64,000 nt of DNA, taken from the NCBI GenBank assembly GCA_963682135.1, contig OY821645.1:1856001-1920000 (forward strand), in the 5' to 3' direction. A program made the position numbers and the translations under genes. Below the pieces are notes generated by a model that searched no databases, was not told the origin of the DNA, and was given only the letters and a program-made list of their open reading frames with translations. Positions 50,748-60,215 of the stretch are shown here, piece by piece; the first letter of the stretch is position 1; each line of letters opens with the position of its first letter. This DNA is from Methanothrix sp. GTDB taxonomy: Archaea; Halobacteriota; Methanosarcinia; Methanotrichales; Methanotrichaceae.

Positions 50748-52298
50748 ATGCTGCACCTCTCTTCCGCTTCCGCAGAGAAATGCGATTTGCTCAATCCCAA
50801 TGCCTGCGGGCTCTATGACTGCGGAGGCAACAGCTGGTCGCCTGACGAGACACAGGGCGATGGTGATAATTTATCCCTGCGATCCGGACAGGTGAATATG
50901 ATCGGCTCCAGCAGAGTTTGCATGAAGGTCAGCGGGCCGGGTTTGGTCAAATTCAGGTGGAAGGTGGACCCGATGGCTCAACATGTTGGGACTTTTGGCT
51001 TTTGGGTGGATAATGCCCAGGTAGCGGTCTGCAAATCACAAATATTTGTCCCAATCTCGTACTCCCTTCGGGAAAGAAAGGATTACGATCTGGCCTGGCA
51101 GTATTATAAATTCAAGTCCATTCCGGCGGGCATGGGTGCGGGGTGGATCGATGAGTTAGATATAATTGGAGGGATTGTCGGGGCATCTCCTGCAATATCT
51201 TCGAAAATATTGGGCGAATCTCCTTCGAATAACCAGTCTAGCGCAAATTATTCAGATAGGTTGGCAACTGATCGGTTGAATTGCCCTCCGCTCAATAGAT
51301 CCTGCTACAATTGCGGGTCAAGAATAAATGGAACACTCGCAAGTGAGAAAAGCACCGAATACTCCATGCTTCAAGGTCCAATAATTGTGCCACCACCTAA
51401 TATCACAATCAATATTGGGCTAAAGCCGACGACGAACGTCAGCATCGATATCTCAGGCATCTCTGGTTCCTTGTCAAATATCGAACTGAATCCGAATGCA
51501 TCTTCACGAATGATACAGAATATCACTCCGCCGATTAATAACACGAGGGATGTATTCGTTTCTCGGAATAAATGTGAACATCAGAAATGCTATGAGACTA
51601 TCAGCGAAGCTGTGAGAGCAGTAGACAATGGCGGAAATGTAACCATCTATGAAGGGATATATAACGAGTCGGTTGTCATTGATAAAGCCCTAAATTTGAT
51701 AGGCGGAAATAATACTACAACCAAAATAGTTGTGCATGATCAGGATGGAATAACTATTGCATGCGGTGCGGGAACCGTATCCTTGGGGAATCTATCTATT
51801 ATTAATGAGTATAAGTCATGCAGAAGAGCTATCGGCATAAATGATACGTCAAAATCACAAGATAGAAACATAGTGATAAAGGATTGCAGTATCTTAAATT
51901 TCGCCATCGGGGCAAAAATAGGTAAATCAAGTCTAACCTTTGTGAGAAACACGATAAGTTCCTCAATGGAATTTGACAATATCGTTGAGGAATGTCAATT
52001 ATGCACATATGATAATACCTCAGCAAGCGGGAAACATTATCTGGTTGGTCTTTGGTTCAATGCATTTTATGATAAATTTAAAATTCATAATAATACAATA
52101 AAATTGGAAAATAATACAAATAAAGATTTGTACACATATGGTATTGTTCATGAAGGCCCAACGTCTGATTGTGCTTATAATATTTCAAAAACGCAAGATT
52201 TCAGAACGATAAAAACGACCGCATGCAGGATAATGTATCTTCTGGGAGAAAATTCAGCTGATTGCGCTGATTCTAAAGACTGGGCGAGGCGATTTTGA
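50748..52298 (+). CDS. Secreted Cys-containing protein with a C-terminal pectin-lyase/NosD-like beta-helix; signal peptide appears frameshifted upstream
   Basis: YETISEAV..V..GG..IYEGIYNESVVIDKAL.L.G beta-helix cap. Confidence 0.7.
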   Translation: MLHLSSASAEKCDLLNPNACGLYDCGGNSWSPDETQGDGDNLSLRSGQVNMIGSSRVCMKVSGPGLVKFRWKVDPMAQHVGTFGFWVDNAQVAVCKSQIFVPISYSLRERKDYDLAWQYYKFKSIPAGMGAGWIDELDIIGGIVGASPAISSKILGESPSNNQSSANYSDRLATDRLNCPPLNRSCYNCGSRINGTLASEKSTEYSMLQGPIIVPPPNITINIGLKPTTNVSIDISGISGSLSNIELNPNASSRMIQNITPPINNTRDVFVSRNKCEHQKCYETISEAVRAVDNGGNVTIYEGIYNESVVIDKALNLIGGNNTTTKIVVHDQDGITIACGAGTVSLGNLSIINEYKSCRRAIGINDTSKSQDRNIVIKDCSILNFAIGAKIGKSSLTFVRNTISSSMEFDNIVEECQLCTYDNTSASGKHYLVGLWFNAFYDKFKIHNNTIKLENNTNKDLYTYGIVHEGPTSDCAYNISKTQDFRTIKTTACRIMYLLGENSADCADSKDWARRF

Positions 52299-52299
52299 T

Positions 52300-54060
52300 A
52301 TGCTGAAGAATCGCCACATGATATCATTTAAACGATTCGTGATATTTGTAGTTATATTGCTAATTACATTGAATACAGTTAATTCTGAAAAAAGCCGACC
52401 CGCAATTTTTGAAATTAAAAATATCAATGCATCAACAGACAAAGATATATATTTTAGAAATGACATGATACCGGTTGAATATAACATTAACTGCAGTGGC
52501 AAAACGGGCGAAAAATACTTTGTTTTTAAGGCAAACAAGAGTTTTTATTTAAATGAAGCCCCCCAATATAAGCCGAATATAAGCTATCCGTCTGGGGTAG
52601 GTATTCATTCCGAAAAACCCAAGCCCTATTCAACACCAGAGGGATTTAGAAGATATTATATACCACTGTTTGATAATAATAGCGAAAGTAATAGCTACCT
52701 CACAAAAATAACCCTCAACATTTCACCTACATCAGAATGTAAGTTAAACAGAACATTTGATCTAACGGATCGGTCTTTTGTAGATATTTGTCCCATCGGC
52801 AAAAGGATACCATCGCCGATTAGAATTATTAATAAAAATCCAGAAATAATAAATTCAATTATTAATGAAACGAAGATGACTGCACAATTCACGTTCAAAG
52901 ATGAGGATAGTCATCTCGTTGATTGGTATTTGTTTAAAAATGGAAGAAATATTCCTGGATATAATGGAAGCATAAACATGAAGGAAGATCCGATAGACGA
53001 GAATATTATTAACATTTCTCCGTTTTATCCGGAATTGGATTCCATGAGGCTGCGTCTCTTGGATAGTGATGGTGGGGAGAAGTGGAGCAGTTCATTGAAT
53101 AATTGGGAAATTAAAATTAATCGGATTCCCCCTGCAGAAACGATCTACTTGAAATTCTCTATTTTTATCTTAGTCGTTATCGTATTATCTTTTCTTTCTT
53201 TCAACTATTTTCCGTTAGAATTGCGCTGGAAGCTCATTTTGTATGCTATTGTTATTCTTGTTCTGCACTATGAAATATTCAAGTATGATTTCGAATTGCT
53301 CATATCCATTTTGATTATATCAAGTTCACTTTCTAATTATTTCGTATACACATTATCTAAACGAAACATGACTAACAATAATAATGATAAATTCGTCTGG
53401 GATGAAATTCCAGGCAAAGGCAACCAACGACTCGTAGAATTTCTAACACGAATTACTGGAATTAAGTTTAGAAAAAATGCAAAAATTGAAAAATTTGATA
53501 ATGGCGCAACTATCAAAGTATCTACTGACAAGAATATCATTTCACTAAAAATGGATAATAAAAAAACTGAAGTTGTTATAGAAGTCGATAACAAACGAAC
53601 TGATAAATTCATAGCAAAGATGGAAAATGATTGGCTAAACATATACGATAATAAAGATTTTTTAAAAAAATGGTCCTTGATTTTTAGTTCGTGGATGGCT
53701 CTGATTATGCTTATAATAATAAATATATCTTCAAGTGATACCATTAAGATAAATTATATATTTTGTTCGGCAGCCTTAATGGGATTCCCCGCCTTCGTTA
53801 TCCCTACTGCCGCAAAATTAAAAGATTATGCGAAAGGATTTGAGTTGCCTGTGATATTTTATTGCTTAATATGGATCGTAATTCTCATATTTAATATAAC
53901 CGGTGTTACTATAAACTCCTTTGGAAATATTTATATAGAAAATCTTCTCATTGTGTCATATTTGACGTTTTTTTCATTAAATCTCCTACCCGCTCTTGTC
54001 TATTTATACCAATCTCCTGACCAGAGGCCTAATATTTGGGGGCCCAGAGATTTGAATTAG
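52300..54060 (+). CDS. AT-rich multi-pass membrane protein with an N-terminal extracellular domain
   Basis: 586-aa ORF with a signal peptide and about 7 TM segments. Confidence 0.7.
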   Translation: MLKNRHMISFKRFVIFVVILLITLNTVNSEKSRPAIFEIKNINASTDKDIYFRNDMIPVEYNINCSGKTGEKYFVFKANKSFYLNEAPQYKPNISYPSGVGIHSEKPKPYSTPEGFRRYYIPLFDNNSESNSYLTKITLNISPTSECKLNRTFDLTDRSFVDICPIGKRIPSPIRIINKNPEIINSIINETKMTAQFTFKDEDSHLVDWYLFKNGRNIPGYNGSINMKEDPIDENIINISPFYPELDSMRLRLLDSDGGEKWSSSLNNWEIKINRIPPAETIYLKFSIFILVVIVLSFLSFNYFPLELRWKLILYAIVILVLHYEIFKYDFELLISILIISSSLSNYFVYTLSKRNMTNNNNDKFVWDEIPGKGNQRLVEFLTRITGIKFRKNAKIEKFDNGATIKVSTDKNIISLKMDNKKTEVVIEVDNKRTDKFIAKMENDWLNIYDNKDFLKKWSLIFSSWMALIMLIIINISSSDTIKINYIFCSAALMGFPAFVIPTAAKLKDYAKGFELPVIFYCLIWIVILIFNITGVTINSFGNIYIENLLIVSYLTFFSLNLLPALVYLYQSPDQRPNIWGPRDLN

Positions 54061-54222
54061 ATCGATAGCTATGATATCAATTCTATTATCTACTTTTCTC
54101 ATTCTGTTTTCGCCACATTCTAGATAACCATCGCGACAGGCTCCATGGAAGGCTGTTCTCCAGCCTCCTTCTCATCTCCTCCTGTTTCTTTCCCCCACTC
54201 TTTGCCGTCTTCTTCACAAAAA

Positions 54223-55870
54223 CCTAAGCTCCCCGAAATTTAGGCATATCTGATCAATTTTCGCCATCGATGACCAAAAACTATAAATAGTATGCTGTGC
54301 CTAAATACAACATGAAATCTTTTATTCGAACCAAAAAGATAAATGGCCTGGAATACATATATGAAATTACACCTTATTACGATAAGGAAAAGAAGCAAAT
54401 TCGGCAGAAAAGCAAATACTTGGGAAAGAATGTCAATGGAGTTCCCGTGAAGGTTCGCGCCAAAGACCAAATCCCCAAGAAAGTGCTATCGCATGGCGAA
54501 TTCGTTCCACTCAAGAAGATCACAGAGGACCTTAAGCTAGAAAAGATCCTCTCTGATGTTCTTCCTGGTAAAGAAGTCCGGCCGATTTTGACACTGGCAA
54601 TGAACTATGCCACACACCCCCGAGCACTAACCCATATCCAGAGCTGGTATGAAGGTACGGTCATGTCTGAAGACCATCCGAATCTTCCCTTATCATCACA
54701 GAGCCTTTCACGAATGCTAAGCAGTATCGGTGAAGGTACTGTGAATCTGGAATTCTCTCGCAAACTCATTGAGCAAGTATCCACAGCCAGCACGCTAGTC
54801 TACGATATAACCTCCTTTTCGTCTTACTCTCAGAGCATCAGCCTCCTTGAATACGGCTATAATCGAGATGGCCTCGACCTGCCTCAAATCAATCTGTCTC
54901 TAGTCGTGGACAAAGATCTGGGCATACCGTTGATGTATGATCTCTACCCAGGAAGCATCGCAGATGTATCTACGCTTAAGAATACTATCAAGAAAATGAA
55001 TGCACAGGGCGTCAGAAATTATACTCTGATCATGGATAGAGGCTTCTTTTCAACCGACAATATCGAGGAGATGATATCTGCAGATCTGTCGTTCATTATT
55101 CCGCCAACGAGTAATCTCAAGAACGTCAAAGAAGCGATATCTGCTATCCACAAAAGCATTGACGATCCAGAGCATCTAAAACTCTATGAAAAAGAGCCGC
55201 TGTTTGTGATGCCTGTAGAGATCGATGTTGGTGAAAACAAGCTGAACGGATATGCATATTACGATCAGAAAAGAGAGCAGCAGGAAAGAAATACGTTTTA
55301 TAAGCGACTCTACGATTTGATGGAAGTGCTCAAGTCCAAGAACCTGAAACCCTGGATGAATCCTGGAGAAGTTTTCAGGGCGACTGCGAAAAGAGATGCC
55401 AAGTTTATAGAATGGAAAGCAATAGACGGTAAGTTTCAGGTATCACTTAGAAAAAATGCGGTCTCCCAGGCTATTAATAAAATGGGAAAGTTTATCTTGC
55501 TTTATCGAGGCGAGTTCACGTGGGTGGAATGTCTTGCGCTTTATAGAAGCAAGGATATCGTTGAAAAGGGATTCGATGTTCTGAAGAACGACATCGATTT
55601 GATGCCCGCGAACCTGAGGACCAACAGTAGTCTAAGGGGCTACCTATTCATTTCATTCCTTGCTCTGATCTTGAGGATGAAGCTCATGCGAATGATGATC
55701 GATGCCGAGCTGAATAAAAGATACTCGGTTGAGGGATTGTTCACTGAACTCGAAAAAATCAAGATCATGGTCTTGCCGGATGGAGAAAGAATCACGACCG
55801 AGATCACTAAGAAACAGCGTCAAATTCTGGATGCCATTCATATGTGTGCCTAAAAAATGGGGAGGTCAGG
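54223..55870 (+). mobile_element. IS1634-family insertion sequence, second copy, 1648 bp, opposite orientation
   Basis: Same IRs; TSD CAAAAA at 54217-54222 and 55871-55876. Confidence 0.93.
54297..55853 (+). CDS. IS1634-family transposase
   Basis: 518-aa protein identical to that at 29209-30765. Confidence 0.93.
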   Translation: MPKYNMKSFIRTKKINGLEYIYEITPYYDKEKKQIRQKSKYLGKNVNGVPVKVRAKDQIPKKVLSHGEFVPLKKITEDLKLEKILSDVLPGKEVRPILTLAMNYATHPRALTHIQSWYEGTVMSEDHPNLPLSSQSLSRMLSSIGEGTVNLEFSRKLIEQVSTASTLVYDITSFSSYSQSISLLEYGYNRDGLDLPQINLSLVVDKDLGIPLMYDLYPGSIADVSTLKNTIKKMNAQGVRNYTLIMDRGFFSTDNIEEMISADLSFIIPPTSNLKNVKEAISAIHKSIDDPEHLKLYEKEPLFVMPVEIDVGENKLNGYAYYDQKREQQERNTFYKRLYDLMEVLKSKNLKPWMNPGEVFRATAKRDAKFIEWKAIDGKFQVSLRKNAVSQAINKMGKFILLYRGEFTWVECLALYRSKDIVEKGFDVLKNDIDLMPANLRTNSSLRGYLFISFLALILRMKLMRMMIDAELNKRYSVEGLFTELEKIKIMVLPDGERITTEITKKQRQILDAIHMCA

Positions 55871-55984
55871 CAAAAAATCACCCATCATATTCGCAGTCCA
55901 GAAAGCCATATACCTGGCGGACCCACATAACCTCCAGCAAAACTTTATATCTTAATTCAGTCTAAATATATATGGTGTGTTAAG

Positions 55985-57757
55985 ATGATTCTCCAATTCC
56001 CAAAACATCTCTTCTGCATGACTATGCTGTTATTCCTATTATCATCCTCGTTGCCGGACTCCGGCGCCGGCGCTCCCTCCCCGGATGCTGCGGGCCTCTC
56101 CCTGAGCGGCACCGCTTTCCAGGATGCCAATGGCGACGGCTTCTTCTCGCCGGGCGAGAAGTCTGTCGCGAATGCTACTATCAGCCTAACCCTGGAAGGA
56201 AATGCTGCGTCCACAGCCACCACAAACGAATCGGGGCAGTATTCTTTCGTCAACCTCTCACCCGGCCGCTATGAACTGAAAATGGACCCCTTCTCAGGCT
56301 GGAGCCTGACTGCACCGGGATCCGGTCGCTACGAGGTGACCCTCTCTGACAGGAGCGGCTCTGGCCTGGACTGGGGCTTCTTTGCGCCGCTGGCCAGCGC
56401 CTCCTTCCCCGCCCGGGAATATCCGATTATGCATCTCACACAGGAAGAGGCAAGCCAGCGGGCCGGGCAGTACGATACTTTCGCCAAAGCCTATCTCAGC
56501 CCTGAGATCGCTAGCCGAATGGCCAGCGAGCCTGCCGCCTCCTTCAGTCTGCTCGACCGACTCAAGTACACCCCCTCGGAGCGAGATCAGGGCACTTGCG
56601 GCAGCTGCTGGGCCTGGGCGGGAACGGGTGTGATGGAACTAGATTATGCTCGCCAAAAGGGCGTTTCCGATCGTCTCTCCACGCAGTATATTGTCTCCAA
56701 CTACAACGGCGGATGCGGCAATTCCGGGGCCTGCTGCGGGGGGTGGCTGCCGGATCTGGTCGGCTTTTACCAGGATAAAGGCATAATGGTTCCCTGGTCC
56801 AACAGCAATGCTCATTATCGAGGTGGAGAACAGGGCTGCGGCGCATGCTCGATTGTATCCGCATCCACCATATCAACCGAGCCTCATTATGATCTGTCGG
56901 CCATCTCCGTTAATACCATTCCCACTCAAAAATTGACCAACGAAGAGGCTATCTCCAACATTAAGAATGTCTTGCTGCAGGGCAAAGGCATCTGGTTTGC
57001 CTACTATCTGCCGGATAAGAGTGCCTGGGACAATTTCTTTAGATTCTGGGGCAGCGAGCCGGAGAGCGCCGTTTGGCAGCCGGACAGTGCCTGCGGCAGA
57101 CCATTTGACTATAAGAACGGAGGCGGGCATGCCGTTCTCTGCGTGGGCTACGATGAATCCGATCCCAATAACCGCTACTGGATTATGCTCAATAGCTGGG
57201 GCGATACAACCGGACGACCGGCAGGCCTCTTTCGCATGAATATGGACATGAACTACGATTGCACCTACGGCGATATCGGATATGCCTTCTACTGGATGAC
57301 TCTGGACATGAGCTACCCGCAGGAAGATCTTGAGTGGTCGCAAGCTTTTCCAGACGCCATGGCAAGCCCCAATCAGCAGCCTGTAAAGCCTGACAAGCCT
57401 CAAGGCAGCAGAACCGGTACTCTGCAGAAACCTTACAGCTTTGCCGCCTCAGCGATCGATCCGGATGGCGACGATCTTCAGATTACCTTCGATTGGGGTG
57501 ACGGCAGCACCTCGCAGACCGAGATGGTAAAATCGGGAACACTGGTGCAAATGCCGCATAGCTGGAGCCGGGCAGGAACCTACCAGGTCCGGGTCATGGC
57601 AAAGGACGAAAATGATGCAGAATCACTCTGGTCCGCCGGCAAAGCGGTGAAGATCTATGCAGTGCCCGCTCGCACCAAGGAACGGCCCGCTCCCAGGATA
57701 AAAACAGAAAAAGCAGGACAGGGCAAGGAAACCTGTCCCTGTTCAAAGAAGTCGTGA
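55985..57757 (+). CDS. Secreted papain-family (C1) cysteine protease with SdrD-B-like and PKD domains
   Basis: QGTCGSCWAW, GGHAV, NSWG, FQDANGDG and FDWGDG. Confidence 0.9.
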   Translation: MILQFPKHLFCMTMLLFLLSSSLPDSGAGAPSPDAAGLSLSGTAFQDANGDGFFSPGEKSVANATISLTLEGNAASTATTNESGQYSFVNLSPGRYELKMDPFSGWSLTAPGSGRYEVTLSDRSGSGLDWGFFAPLASASFPAREYPIMHLTQEEASQRAGQYDTFAKAYLSPEIASRMASEPAASFSLLDRLKYTPSERDQGTCGSCWAWAGTGVMELDYARQKGVSDRLSTQYIVSNYNGGCGNSGACCGGWLPDLVGFYQDKGIMVPWSNSNAHYRGGEQGCGACSIVSASTISTEPHYDLSAISVNTIPTQKLTNEEAISNIKNVLLQGKGIWFAYYLPDKSAWDNFFRFWGSEPESAVWQPDSACGRPFDYKNGGGHAVLCVGYDESDPNNRYWIMLNSWGDTTGRPAGLFRMNMDMNYDCTYGDIGYAFYWMTLDMSYPQEDLEWSQAFPDAMASPNQQPVKPDKPQGSRTGTLQKPYSFAASAIDPDGDDLQITFDWGDGSTSQTEMVKSGTLVQMPHSWSRAGTYQVRVMAKDENDAESLWSAGKAVKIYAVPARTKERPAPRIKTEKAGQGKETCPCSKKS

Positions 57758-57770
57758 GACTGTAAGAAAT

Positions 57771-59015
57771 TTAGGAAGGAGGACAAGCGTTTTTTCCCAG
57801 ATTCGCTACCATCGCCTCAGCCCTTCTTCCCACCTCGGATGGGTCCAGAGGAACACGGGCCACGCCCGTTTCTATGGCGGCGCGAGCTACGGCTGCAGCC
57901 ACGGCGGGGACTACCCTTCGGTCCAATGGCGAGGGAATGATGCATACCTCGGACACGTTCTCAACCAGTCCGGCAATGGCCTGGGAAGCTGCGACCTTCA
58001 TAGCTTCATTGATGTCCGATGCCCGCACATCCAGAGTCCCGCGAAAGATCCCCGGGAAGCCCAGCACATTATTGACCTGATTGGGGAAATCGGATCGACC
58101 GGTGGCCACCACCCGCGCTCCCGCCTGCAAAGCCAGGTCGGGCATGATCTCAGGCACGGGATTGGCCATGGCAAAGACAATTGCGCCAGCTGCCATGCTC
58201 TTTACCATTTCAGGAGTCACAATGCCAGCCACAGACAGGCCCAGGAAGACGTCAGCACCCCTAATTGCATCGGCCAGGCTCCCTGTAACATTGCGGGGAT
58301 TGGTCATGCGGGCGATCTCCTGCTTGGCAGGGTTGAGGTCGGACCTGCCCTGGTGGATCACACCCCGGCTATCACAGAGTATGGCATCCTTTACCCCGAA
58401 GCTGTAGAGAAATTTGGTGACGGCGATGCCGGCAGCGCCAGCTCCGCTCACGGCGACCTTGACCTGTTCAAAGGTCTTGCCAACTACCTTGAGAGCATTG
58501 ATGAGAGCTGCCAGGGCAACCACGGCGGTGCCATGCTGATCATCGTGAAATACCGGTATCGACAGGATCTTCTTGAGACGCCCCTCAACCTCAAAGCAGC
58601 GTGGCGCACTTATGTCCTCCAGGTTGATTCCGCCAAAGACGCCCTCTATTTTGGCAACGGTCTCCACAATCACCGATGGGTCCTTGCTGCTTATCGCTAT
58701 GGGAAAAGCATCTATGCCCGCGAAGTTCTTGAACAGAATGGCTTTTCCTTCCATGACCGGTATGGATGCCAGCGGCCCAATATCACCCAGGCCCAGGACA
58801 GCAGTTCCATCTGTTACCACGGCTACAAGATTGCCCTTAGCGGTGTACTCGTAAACGTCATCTGGATTCTTTTCGATCTCGCGACAGGGTTCGGCCACGC
58901 CCGGAGTATAAGCTAATGAGAGGTCACGCACGGTTGCGCAAGGAACCTTGCTGTGGACGGCAATCTTGCCCTTGGCATCTTTATGAAATGCTAATGCATC
59001 ATCTCTTAGAGACAT
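57771..59015 (-). CDS. NAD(P)-dependent malic enzyme
   Basis: YTPGVA, TDGTAVLGLG, MEGK, NLED, FHDDQHGT and GAGAAG; start at MSLRDD. Confidence 0.95.
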   Translation of the reverse strand: MSLRDDALAFHKDAKGKIAVHSKVPCATVRDLSLAYTPGVAEPCREIEKNPDDVYEYTAKGNLVAVVTDGTAVLGLGDIGPLASIPVMEGKAILFKNFAGIDAFPIAISSKDPSVIVETVAKIEGVFGGINLEDISAPRCFEVEGRLKKILSIPVFHDDQHGTAVVALAALINALKVVGKTFEQVKVAVSGAGAAGIAVTKFLYSFGVKDAILCDSRGVIHQGRSDLNPAKQEIARMTNPRNVTGSLADAIRGADVFLGLSVAGIVTPEMVKSMAAGAIVFAMANPVPEIMPDLALQAGARVVATGRSDFPNQVNNVLGFPGIFRGTLDVRASDINEAMKVAASQAIAGLVENVSEVCIIPSPLDRRVVPAVAAAVARAAIETGVARVPLDPSEVGRRAEAMVANLGKNACPPS

Positions 59016-59061
59016 AACAACTCCTGTTTTTAGGATCCTGCGGCTAACTAGGGAGGAGCAA

Positions 59062-59072
59062 CAGATATAAAG
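59062..59072 (+). promoter_or_regulatory. Probable TATA box of the tRNA-Ser gene
   Basis: GATATAAAG about 30 nt upstream of the tRNA 5' end. Confidence 0.5.
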
Positions 59073-59098
59073 CATGGGTCCGACGGAGAATTGTAAGG

Positions 59099-59250
59099 GC
59101 CGGGGTGGCAGAGCGGACAATTTCAGCCGGCTTTAGGCCGACTGGAGTTCATACGCGGCAGGCTCGAGACCTGTTGTCCCTTCCTGGGACGCTTGGGTTC
59201 AAAATGATTGAGAGCGCGATAGCTCTCTCAGGAAAATCCCAACCCCGGCG
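59099..59250 (+). tRNA. tRNA-Ser(CGA) with two non-canonical introns (59121-59152 and 59204-59236)
   Basis: Acceptor GCCGGGG/CCCCGGC plus G73; anticodon arm GCAGG-CTCGAGA-CCTGT; long variable arm; T arm TTGGG-TTCAAAT-CCCAA after splicing; BHB-like junctions. Confidence 0.9.
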
Positions 59251-59301
59251 CTAATTGATTATGGAAAGTTTCATATCATAGCAGAAAAAGGCGATAAAGT
59301 T

Positions 59302-59451
59302 ATGGCTAGATTTCCAGAAGCTGAAAAGAGAATCTTGAATCTCAAGATATGCATGAGCTGCAACGCACGAAATCCTGTAAGAGCAACTCGCTGCCGCAAG
59401 TGCGGCTACAAAGGACTGAGGATGAAGTCCAAGGAAAATAAGACCGCTTAA
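59302..59451 (+). CDS. rpl40e: 50S ribosomal protein L40e
   Basis: Below the ORF-track cutoff; [49 protein letters not shown]. Confidence 0.97.
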   Translation: MARFPEAEKRILNLKICMSCNARNPVRATRCRKCGYKGLRMKSKENKTA

Positions 59452-60209
59452 TGATGCTTGAGAGAGGCAGAGTCGAGCTCTTGCTGGCTGGCGCAGTTGC
59501 CGAGCGCGGCGCCGGACATCTCACGTTGATTGATCCGGATTCTCAGAGTCCGGCCCAGGCAGGAGCTATGGCTCTGGCCGCAGCCAAAGGCGGCACGGAT
59601 GCCATCATGGTAGGCGGCTCAGTAGGTGCGGCAGGAATTCTTCTTCATGAGACCGTGCGGGAGATCAAGAAGTTGACAGACCTGCCTGTAATTCTGTTTC
59701 CCAGTAGCGTAGCCGGCCTGTGTGAAAATGCGGATGCAGTCTTCTTTATGAGCCTGTTAAACTCCCGAACCCCGGCATATATCGTGGAAAACCAGGCGCT
59801 TGGTGCACCTTTGATCATGCGTTACGGCCTTGAGCCCATACCCATGGCATATATCATAGTTGAGCCTGGTGGAACGGTGGGCTTTGTGGGCGATGCCCGC
59901 CTCATACCGCGAAGAAAGCCGGAACTGGCTGCCGCTTACGCCCTGGCAGCCAAGTACATGGGCATGAGACTGGTATACCTCGAAGCCGGGTCGGGCGCAG
60001 ACTCTCCCGTGCCTGTCGGCATGGTGGCCCTGGTCAAGAAGCTCCTGGGTGACGTCCTGTTAATAGTAGGCGGCGGGATTCGCAGCGGTCGCGCAGCAGC
60101 CGAATTGGTAGCTGCCGGGGCAGACCTGATTGTTACGGGAACCGGCGTGGAGAAGAGCCAAGATGTCGCCTCTTTTGTCTCCGAGCTGACAAAATCCATT
60201 CGCAGGTAG
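59451..60209 (+). CDS. Geranylgeranylglyceryl phosphate synthase
   Basis: HLTLIDPD, IMVGGS, SLLNS, YLEAGSG and VGGGIR. Confidence 0.93.
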   Translation: MMLERGRVELLLAGAVAERGAGHLTLIDPDSQSPAQAGAMALAAAKGGTDAIMVGGSVGAAGILLHETVREIKKLTDLPVILFPSSVAGLCENADAVFFMSLLNSRTPAYIVENQALGAPLIMRYGLEPIPMAYIIVEPGGTVGFVGDARLIPRRKPELAAAYALAAKYMGMRLVYLEAGSGADSPVPVGMVALVKKLLGDVLLIVGGGIRSGRAAAELVAAGADLIVTGTGVEKSQDVASFVSELTKSIRR

Positions 60210-60215
60210 TTATTC

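Noticed and set aside
29192-55870. Composite transposon
   Set aside because: Each IS has its own TSD and the enclosed DNA includes core genes.
59016-59120. N-terminal extension of the malic enzyme in the ORF track
   Set aside because: It overlaps the tRNA-Ser gene and its promoter; homology starts at MSLRDD.
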